The translations under genes were made by a program, and so were the position numbers. 64,000 nucleotides of DNA from the human T2T-CHM13v2.0 reference genome, Homo sapiens. The notes under the pieces are model-generated. The model was not told the DNA's origin. It saw only the letters and a list, made by a program, of their open reading frames with translations, and did no database searches. The stretch lies in assembly GCF_009914755.1 (NCBI RefSeq), contig NC_060942.1; one strand, 5' to 3'. Below are positions 53,919-64,000 of this stretch, piece after piece; the first letter of the stretch is position 1, and every line of letters begins with the position of its first letter.

Positions 53919-56900
53919 AAGACCTTGGTTTTTAAAAAAGTATTGATTAATAGTAGTGACTAAAAGGGATGATTTGATGTGAAATCTCTGTGAACCTTTC
54001 TACTCGTTATACTTTAGAGCTCTATTACGACTGGTGTTTTGATCCACAAATATTTATTAAAATATCAGCATTGCAGATTGTGTGAGCCATTGTGCCTGGT
54101 ACACTTGCTTGGGAAAGGCCTGCTCTGAGATGTGGCTTTTGCCCTGGGAGAGTGGGCAGTGTATCTACAGATACGTGCTTTGCTGAAATGGAAAGCATTC
54201 TTCTGCAGCCAAAGTTGGAACATGATCCCAAATGGAATTTTGCTATTTGTGTGATCAGGCCTAGGGTATAGTCAGGGAAGATTTCAAAGAGTATGTGTTT
54301 AGGATTTGATGGAAGATGTAGAACAAAGGGACATTCTTGGCGGGTAGAACAGCTTTGGCATAGGGGCAGCAGTGGGACAGAGTTCAAATGCGAATTGAGA
54401 ATTGCCTCAAGGAAACAAATGCTTATTTCGAACATGTACTGCATCTGGCAGAAGCAGCATGGCCCTGAAGATGAAGGTCAGAAGGCTGACATTGAGGGGC
54501 AGACACCCCCATAGCAGACACCTTTGTGGTCCGAGGTCTTCTGTCCACAGTGAGAAGGATAAAACCCAGGGCCCTCTATGTCAGACTCAATGTGCCTGTT
54601 ATAATTCAAACTAATCAACCTTCCAACTCTCTGAATTAGCAAAAATTGGTTTGTTCATTGACATTATTATTGATTGTGACCAGACTCTGATGGGTGCCAT
54701 GGGGATCCCAAGAGATGGAGTGAAAGATGCTCTAAGAGCCCATGAAAACCAGGGGAGGAGTAGCAGCAGCCAGCCATTTAGGTCTAAGTGCTGAATTGTA
54801 GTGGGAGCCCGAGGGGTTTAGTGTCTCCAAGGGTTAGTCAGATCAGAGAAAGCTTTGAGGAGTAGGTGGAACTTGAGCTGAGTCCTTGACAATGGAATAG
54901 TCTTGGGTAGGTATGGAGCAGCAGGGAAGATCATCCATTTGGGAATGTAGAGGGAGAAAGGAGAACAGTTCAGCATAGGGCTCTGTGGAGTGTAAGGCAG
55001 CAAGACAGATGGGATGGTGTCCTGTAGGAAACAGGCCAAGGATTCATCTCCCCTAAGCTGAAATGGGGAGGCATGCCCACAGCTTTCCAAGTGCAGGGAG
55101 AGCAGTCTTGGGGAGCAGGTGGGTGTGCCTGTCAGAGACTTCCACACATAGCACACATGAAAGAATGCTGACAGCTGACTCTGCCTCCTGCTGCTAGGTC
55201 CTGTCCGCTACCAGCTCTTCAGCATGGGGTTCAAAAGAGGTATCTTTAGAACAAGAAATGAAATTGTATATAAGCATTTGGAATGGGGATGGGCCGCTCT
55301 GGGGAACATAAAACTCTTGTGATACTGGTACTTATTTCCAAGTGTTTAATGTATAATTGGAGAAGGAAATAAACAAGATTCAGTAACAAGGCAATGTTTA
55401 ATGACAGTACAAGGTAGCTAGAGGAGATATATCACAGAGAAAGGGAAGTGGAGCTGATATTTGTTTAGTTCTCTGGTATGCTTAGCATCTCCTTTGCAGC
55501 AGAAGCACAAACATATACGTGCCAGATTACACTTTATGTTCAAATGACAATGAACAAAGCAATGGCTTAATCAGACGGTTGAGAAGTCAAGGAATTTGAA
55601 TTAAAACTGAACAGGTAGTGAGGTGAAAGAGAACTTTGAAAGACTTTATTATTATCTGTTAGATGGTTCAGTTTATCCTCATTGCCTCCAAGTATGTCTA
55701 CCAATTCCTTCCTCAATTTATAAATGGTGTGGTGGAGGACCAGAGTTTTCAGGGACCACTAATACAGAATATTTGAAGACTGGTGGCTCTATGGTTCAAA
55801 TAACATTTGGAGTCAGACACAACTGCCCCTGTGATTTCAACAAATCCCTCAACTTTAATTTTCTTATCTGTAAAATGGATGTGTCTCTGGGTTAAAATCA
55901 GTTAGTAAATCAGGGTTAAATAGTATAATAAACTTAAATCAGATGAAAAACGTAAATAAACTTAGAGAATACCTGATGTATGTTAACAATTCAGATTATT
56001 TTCTTTACGATGTGAATTCCTCCTCCCTGCTTGGACAGGAAATATTATGGTCACAATTACTTCTTTCAAATCTACTGTATTTAACCTATTTTGGTATTGT
56101 GCTACACATATTATTTACCTTTTTTTCCTGCAAGATTCTGTGAGGAGAATTAGAAAAGGCAGATGAGAAAACTGATGCCCAAGAGAGTTTAAGTGACGTG
56201 GCAATTCAGATGGCACACTGGTTTTAGAACTCATGTATGTAGAAGCAACTAACAACTTTTGGTCAAAAGTTGGCATCACTTTGTGTTTTAGATACCTCAT
56301 GATGTCAAACTAAGAGGCTTTGTAATCATATATACCTCGATTTGATTGTGAATCTGGCACAGAAAGTGTGTGCTCTTGAGTAAATCATTAACCTTTCTGG
56401 ACCTTAATTTCCAGGTCTGTAAAATGAGGACAAGATCTTCTGCATCACAGTGCTGTTGTGTGAATTAAATTGATAATGACTGTAAAGAGCTCAGCACAAG
56501 TTAGTGGTAATGTTTAACCACCCCCCGCCCCCCAACCCTTTCACTACAAGAGAACACTTTTCCTTGACTGCACAGAGGAACACAGGCACAAGTAACGCAT
56601 CAAAGCCACAGCTCAACCTGCAAACTTGATTGGCCCAGGCAGGATTGTAGAGATTTTTCACCAGGGAGCAAAGACACAAGGGTCATGCTGTTGTGTTGTG
56701 TTATTGGTTCCCAGAGGAGACACTGTTTTTTACAGCTACAGCTGGAACTGTTGGTTAATGGATAGTATGTCAGACCTCAGGTCTCAGAAGTTTCATCTCC
56801 TTTCCTTATCATAGAGATCCCTGAGTACAGAGACTAACGGCATATGCTTAGTTTTGTCTTAGGCTCAGCCAGCCCAGCCAGGCTGAGCTGCAGAGTCAGC

Positions 56901-58389
56901 AGAATCTGATAAAAAGGTGGAAGGTACCAGCCCTGGCTTTGAAGGGCTTCTGGTTGAGGAGACAAGGCTCAGTACCTGGGAATGTCAGAGCTGGAAGGGG
57001 CCACAGGGTTGAACTCATGTTCTCTGGTCCCAATTCTACATATAATGATGGGAAGACTCAGGGAGAAAAAGGAACTTGCCCAAGGCCACCAGCTCTAAAT
57101 GGTGGAGGAGGGATTAGAATGTGGAATTCCTGACTGTACCCAGTATTATTTCCTCCATGAGACAAACTGGAAACAAGAGAAGAGCAATAATCAAACAACA
57201 GCTAAATGGTCAGGTTAGCAGATGCAAAGGAAACAAGTTGTCTGTGCTTCTCACTGTGTAGCAAGATGGAGGAGGTTGGTCTTCAACTCCTGTCCCTCAG
57301 GGCTTGACTTGGAGTCTTAGAAGAGAGGGTGGCACTTAGTCAAATGCTAGCTTGGTGATCAACTATGGGAGTAAATCAAATGTAACAAAAAAGTTTGCAC
57401 ACTTACTAAGGTGATCCCAGTATGTTCTTTCATAATTATTATCTCATTTAATCTTTACTTCTTGAAACAATCCTTGAGGTAGGATTATTACCCCATTTCC
57501 AAATGAGACTTGAAAAGATTAAAAATGTTTCCTAAGAACACAATTACTAAGTGGAAAAGGGAGGCTAAGAAATCTAAACCTATGTCATCAAGTCAGAACT
57601 GCTTCCATTCTTCTTTTTAAGGAGAAACATGGCTTGAACACTTACTGTTGGACAGTTACTCCCAGTGTTCTCTATGCTTCCAGCTGTGCAGAGACTCATT
57701 TAAAATATAGCCCTTGTCCTCATGGAGCTTGTGGTCTAGTGGGAGAGAGAGGCAGGTAATTAAAATGTTGAAACAGAGCTTGCCAAATGCTTTGTGAGAG
57801 CAGAATGACCAGGGAAGTGAGAGCAAGACCGTGCGTGTGTGTGTCTGTGCACATGTGTATGCAGGAAGAGGTAGAAAAGGAGGGTCCAGCCAGTCTCCAT
57901 GAAGGAGGTGAAATCTGACCCAATTCTTGCAGGATAACAAGAGTTAACCAAGTAGAGAAAGGAGAAAGGGCCAGCTAAACAGAGGACCTATCAGGGAATC
58001 ATATACAGTAATGCCCATCAGTGGGACTTGGGAGATCTGCAGCTTACGAGATGCTGCTAGAGCATGTGGTAGGTGAAGTAGTCTGGAAATGCTGCTTGGA
58101 AGAGGTAAAATGTGATCAGGAACTTACCACACAAGTGCAGAGTATAAAAACACCACTGAGTAGGAGCTTTGTCCTTTGCTATAGACAGGTGATGTATCTT
58201 CAGGGTCAGAGAACCATGGTGTAGAGCTGCCCTTGCTCTTGCCGATTGAGAGCTAGGTAAGAGTTGGGTCACCTGCTAGATTTACCAGTGTTGTGGAGCA
58301 TTTACTCTGGGTGTTTCTGCAGCTGGAAGGAATTCCGGAAAGATTACTTAGTTATAGGCAGCTGAGTCAAGTGGTGTCTGTCTGGCCTC

Positions 58390-58730
58390 TCATTCAACAT
58401 TCACCGAATGAGTAATTTGGAGTGTCTCTCTGTATCAGAAACTGTGCCAAGCCCTGGGGGTGACCATGGTGAGCCAAATAGGCACAGGTCTTACCCTTCA
58501 AGGGCTTATCATCTAGTGGAGAAGGCAGAGTTTGAAACCAAGAATGGCACAAATATTTAATTATATAATTAATGTTAGGAAAGACAAGTTCTGGCCTACA
58601 AAGGCACAAAAAGGGGAGTTATGATCTGGTTTGCGATGCTCAGGGAAGAGGCATTTAACCTCAGCCTGAGTAATGAAGAAGTCTAACTCCAGGGGAGCAA
58701 GAGGAAGATTCCAGGTGCATGCAAAGTCCC
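58390..58730 (-). mobile_element. L2 fragment (similar ones at ~54030-54330, 54640-55000, 57680-57960)
   Basis: ACTGTGCCAAGCCCTGGGG...GGCTTATCATCTAGTGG. Confidence 0.7.
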
Positions 58731-59413
58731 ATGAAGTCACTTGTGACTCCCCACCAAAATACCTTAGAAGACATAAAGAAGGATGAATAATCAACCACTC
58801 CCAAAGCCAAAGTCAGACAGTCAGTCTCTTGCCAGAACCTGACAAGAGATTCTTATAACTATAGGCCAATGAGTCTAGGTTGAAAATACAATTTCTTCCT
58901 CATCTGTAATTAAGTAGGATCACACTCCATCTTTTTACACCATTTGCTTTCTTAATCAGTTTCTGTCAACCAGAAAAGCAGGCAGTCATCAAGTCTACTG
59001 TATGGGCAGCTTGAACAAAACCAGCTAAAGACTTCCCTCCCTGACATCATTATGCATATTCTCAAAGACTATAGCTCTCAGAAGACAAATGGGCAAGAGT
59101 GGGAAGGGGAGTTCTGGGAGGAGTGGAAGAAGGGCATTGACTTCTGGGCAGAGATGTTGCTTCAAGTAAAGTTCTGAGGTGAGCATGGAGTCTTTGTCAT
59201 AGAGCATATTGTGAAGTTTAGCTGTTCAGCTGTTTTTGTGAATCCAACAGAAAAGACTTTTCTCAGTTCAGCAAAACAATAGTAGATGGATGTTTACTCT
59301 CAGTGGTGTTCTAGTATATGCTTAACACCCTGTTTTCCAGATTTTTTAAAAGCACTGACTTGTAAAGTTTGCTCGTTCTTATGGTGTAAACACTCCCACC
59401 ATGGCTGAGCTCC

Positions 59414-59672
59414 CTTGCCCAGGCTGGAGTGCAGTGGTGCGATCTCGGCTCTCTGCAACCTGAGCCTCCTGGGTTCAAGTGATTCTTCTGCCTCAGCCTC
59501 CTGAGTAGCTGGGATTACAGGTGCATGCCACCACGCCCGACTAATTTTTGTGTTTTTAGTAGAGATGGGGTTTAGCCATGTTGGCCAGGCTGGTCTCGAA
59601 CTCCTGACCTCAGGTGATCTGCCCACTTCAGCCTCCCAAAGTGCTGGGATTACAGACATGCGCCACCGCACT
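59414..59672 (-). mobile_element. Alu (AluSx-like), tail-less
   Basis: Begins at TTGCCCAGGCTGG on the + strand with no poly-T. Confidence 0.94.
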
Positions 59673-59959
59673 CCATGGCTGCATTTTAAGCTACCAACTT
59701 AATGCCACTGAATGTGGAGTTGGGGAGAGATACACACAGTGGGCTCTTATGAACCCATAGGCACTAGCTTCATTGCATCCCTGGTTACTGTTCACTAGAA
59801 CTTGATATGGTCTCTGGTAAGAGGAGTAGCTCGAAGAGGAGGATGTGACTGGCTTCACAATGGGTAGAAGGTAGTCCAGTACTTCCTCTGTAGGCCAGGC
59901 TCTCTCCTCATCAGAGTGTGAGCAAAGAAACAGAACCCAACACAAGCCCTCCTGAGGTG

Positions 59960-60800
59960 GAAGAAACACTTAAAACAAGGTAAAAGGAACAATATCAGGA
60001 AAATTAGTTAATCCAACAGCAACATTAGAGTTTCAGAAAGCTACCTGGCATCTTTGACAAGAAGTATGACCCATGGAAAAGGAGCATTAAGAAACAAGGA
60101 CGGAGCATGCTGATGAAAAGACATCAGAATCAGCTGAAAAGTGGATGCATAAAGTAAAGAAAGATTGCAGGGATACAAAATGTGCAATTGCAGAATTAAA
60201 AAAAAATCCACAGTGAAGTCAATAAAGGCAAAGGGGGCATGGAAAATAGAATCAAATTGGTATTATGGAGAACAGATTGGGGTATGCTCTCCCACAAGGC
60301 AAAAGAAGGAAAGAAAAGCAGTGAGAGAGAAAATGATAGAAATGGAGAACAGAGATGAGAGCTCTAAACTCAGAATTACAGGAAAAACTTCGAAAGAAGC
60401 CAGAACCATTTAATGGAAGAAATTACCAAAGGAATAATTGAAGGGAACATTCCTGAACTAGAAAGAACCTGCATCTACAGATCCAAAAGGCTCATTATGT
60501 TCCAGGAAAATTAAAGGGAGAGAGCTCCACACTACACTCATTTTGTCATTAATAAAATTCTAACATAATGAAAAAGAAAGTCTTCAATTATAAACACATA
60601 AAGCAAGTTGCCTAAAGAGGAAACCAAATCAGGCCAGCCTCTGTTTTCCCTTCATTAGTTTAAATGCTGAAAGACATGCTACAAAATTTTGAGGCAAAAA
60701 GTTCTAGCCTGAGAATTATCTGGTCAGCCCAGTGTGTTTTACGTGTGAAGATGAAAGAAATGCCTTGTGGTATGGGAATTTGCAGAGTCCAGAGCCGAGG
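59960..60800 (+). mobile_element. HAL1/old L1 ORF1 remnant
   Basis: GGAATAATTGAAGGGAACATTCCTGAACTA...CTACAGATCCAAAAGGCTCATTATGTTCCAGG resembles ORF1 'IIEENFPEL..LQIERAHRVP'; frames are disrupted. Confidence 0.7.
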
Positions 60801-63379
60801 GAGGACTGAGGATGAAGAGCTTGGGGAAGTTTGCAAAAGTTCAGGAATGAAGCCGAGTACTCTTCCTGTGTTTGGGATTGTTTGCCTTTAAGACCTGAGA
60901 GGTGCACGTGTTGTTCATGTGTTTATTTTGTAATAAGGAGCATGGAGTTCTACTACCAAGAAATACAGTAAAATTTTTTTAAAAAGTAAAAATAATAAGC
61001 TAGTGAAGTAGGCTGGGAAACCACCTTTTTTTTTTTTTTCTGTTCATTGATGAGACACTGAGGCTGAAAGAGGCTTATGAAGGCTCCTAAGTGGCAGAAC
61101 TAGGCCAGGAATTCATTTCTTTTGACTCCTGTTGAATATACTAAGGGCCCTATCTCTACCACCTTGTCCTTTTGGAAAGCAACAGTCAGGATGACAATGG
61201 CCTGTATGTGCATGGCACCTGGGCAAAGCAGAAGAGGGAGGTGAATAAATGATGCTGGGAAGCCCAGCTTGAGTTGCTTTGTTCACTTGTTAATTCAGCC
61301 ATCCAGCATTTCTTGAGTGTTGATTATGTGTTGGCCATGGTGCTAGGTGTTAGGATTTTGTGGATGAATACGACACAAGTCCTGCCTGTTCCCAAGAGAC
61401 TCACAATACTGCTGTAAGGGAGAAATACCCTCATGTACTCAATAATAATACCTATGATCTAGCAACTTGACAGGGGTAATCATATAGACCAGGCACAGTC
61501 TAAGGCACTGGTTCTGACTCTAGGCCATCAGAACCACTGAGAGGGCTTGGTAAAAGCTGGCGTGTTGGGTCCCAGCTCTGGAGCCCTGATTCAGTAAGTA
61601 GAGCTCGAGAACTTGCATTTCCACCAGGCTTCAGAATAAGTAAGAATTCCCAGTTGGAGAATGTATTTTAGACTAGGAAAAATATTCTATCTAGCAGTTT
61701 TGGAGGGGAGGGAGGATGTACTCTGGAACTTATTTGGGTATAAGTCACATCTAGCCAAGCAGGATTCCCCTGGCCATTCAGAGAAATAATTCTTTAGGTT
61801 CATGCTGTTCATTTTGGAGTGTACCCATAGGTCTATGGCTCTGCAGGGCAAAATTACAAAGTGTTAAGTATGAAACAGACTTTCGTCCCAACCCATTCAT
61901 TGCTAAGGCAAGTGTGGGTCATAAGAGATCCACAAAGTGTGGGTAAAAGACTCATAGTGGCTTGTCTAGCATCTGACTGCCTGTGAACAGCAGAGCTAGG
62001 AATAAAGACAAAGTTTTGGACTCCTATCTCAGTATTCTTTCTAAATACATCTGTTTCTTTTCCTTGCCCTTTTGTTTGCCTGGGGCCGACAAGGCTGTTA
62101 TCTCCTAAGCAATTTTATCTTTCCAATCCTCCTCCACTCCCAGCCCCCACTGCCGCCCCTGCCCAAGTCCTGCAGGCAGTCATAGAAGGGTTAACTTTTG
62201 TTGGACTGAAGGCCTGAGCCAAGTACAGAGTGTCCATTGTGTGCCCGCCCCCTCAGGAGGAGTCACTGACTGCTGGAATGTGACAAGGCAAAACATTTTT
62301 ACCTTGCCTTGGCTTCCCCAACTCTGAGTGCGTGAGCCTGTGCGTGTGCTCACACGCGCATTTTGGCAGGGCTGAATCACAAGAGGACTCGCAGTTGATA
62401 CCCAGACTCACCAAAAAATTGAGCTGTGAATTTGGGGAGGCAGGTACGTGCTGGGAAGGAAGCTAAAGGAGAACAACAGCTTTGTGTGCTGATGAAGTAA
62501 ACAGACAGGTTAGGTTTCTTTGCTGTTTCTTTTGAAAACTTATTTTATTTTATTTGTCTAAGATGAGGGTCACATATGGACACCAGGGGCTGGATTATAA
62601 TCCTCAGGATAGGCAGCAAATTTGGCTGGGGCTGCTGCCTGGGTGGGTGGAGCTGCAGTGGGAGTAATTTGAACTACACGACTTTGAATAGCTGTCAGAG
62701 GGCGAAGCCATTTTCATTCAGAAAAACCTTGAAATCCTCCAAGCACCCAGTCCTGCAATGGATGCTATAGGTAATGTCAGCATTATACAACTACAGTTAG
62801 GCTCAACCTGAGGCTGAGCTGCAATCATGTTAGAGAAATAAGATTTATATGCCCAGAACAGCTAGAAGACAATACAAGGCTGGTATTTAGTGGCGAACTA
62901 TACAGCTGGGTGCAATGTCAGTCCGGCCAAGGAGTGAGCACCACGGTCTGGAGTTTACAGAATGTTGCCATGGAGAATTGAAGACTTGGGGATGATCTGG
63001 AAATATGGAAAGGCTTGGGATCTTTTTATTCATTTGTTTATTCATTCCTTCGTGCAACAAACATTTGGGGAACACCAATTGCATGGCCGGCATTGCAAGG
63101 ATGAGAGGAAGTGGATATAAGAACAGATTCTGTGTATTTTAAAAAATACAGAAAGAACTATGTATAACATTGCTGTGGAGACTGGTTTGACTTGAGTAGT
63201 TACTGCAAGTTGGTGGCTAATTTGCTTTGGTCTTTTAAGGCGAGATCAGTATGAAAAGTCTGGAATAGATGAATTCCTAAAGATTAAGGCTATTTGAAAC
63301 TGCATTACTGTTTTACCTACAGTATTTATTATGACATACTCACATTGCCCTGGTTTGGGTCTTCAAGCAATGTGAATGA

Positions 63380-64000
63380 AATTTCAGCTGAACTTTCTTA
63401 TGGCCCCCTGCCTCTAACATCAGATTCCCTTAATCCAACCCTCACACCATGTACCAGAATTATCTTCCTAAAGCTTAGATTTGATATTATTCCTTCTCCA
63501 CTGCCATTCCTTAAATGGCTTCCCATTACCTGTAAGATAAAATCCAAACTCGTTAGCACAACATTCAAGGAAGTTCATGACTTTGCCATGACCTTTTATT
63601 TCCAGCCTCACCTCTCATAGATTCCCAGTTTCTACCATACTTCCTAGCCAAACATCAATTCCCTGTTTCTTCTGCATAATCCTGCACACGCCTGCCCAGG
63701 ACGTGGCCTCACGTCTTCCCTTTCTCTGCTACGTCTTCCTTCTTCCTGCTCTACCTAGGAAACCCCCATCAAGATCAAAGATCTGTCTTCTGCTCTCCTC
63801 AAAGCCTTTCTGTGTAGTTTCCTAGCTACCTACACCTTGCTCAAGTGGAGAAAACTTTCTTCCTTTTGATTCTGTCCTTTCTTACAGTACATATAAAGTT
63901 CTGTGTTGTTTTAGAGTGATTTGTCAAATCTCTCATCAAAAGTGTAACTTCCTTGAGGAAAAAGATTGTGTTTTCCTTAGTATTTTGATTTGAGAACAGA
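63380..64000 (+). mobile_element. L2 fragment
   Basis: AATGGCTTCCCATTACCTGTAAGATAAAATCCAAACTC motif. Confidence 0.75.

Overview
Primate (almost certainly human) genomic DNA, with no supportable protein-coding exon, RNA gene or CRISPR array. The first ~44 kb is repeat-rich intergenic sequence (Alu, L1, L2, MIR, MaLR/ERVL LTRs, Tigger and MER5 transposons). A CpG island at ~44.2-46.0 kb looks like a bidirectional promoter. It contains a plus-strand first exon ending at a G|GTGAGC donor (45561/45562), which from memory matches the non-coding first exon of human SETBP1 (chr18q12.3; not verified by search). It also has a chain of minus-strand splice sites consistent with a divergent lncRNA. The remaining ~18 kb would be intron 1. 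I found no novel multi-gene system. The most interesting signals are in the island: a strong-Kozak uORF that reads a (CGG)8 repeat as poly-Arg, further uORFs, an A29/(AT)23 block next to a palindromic MEF2 site, and YY1/HOX/MEIS motifs. Elsewhere there is a ~285-bp diverged local duplication, a possible intronic alternative promoter and some atypical retroelement insertions. Repeat subfamily names and boundaries are by-eye estimates.
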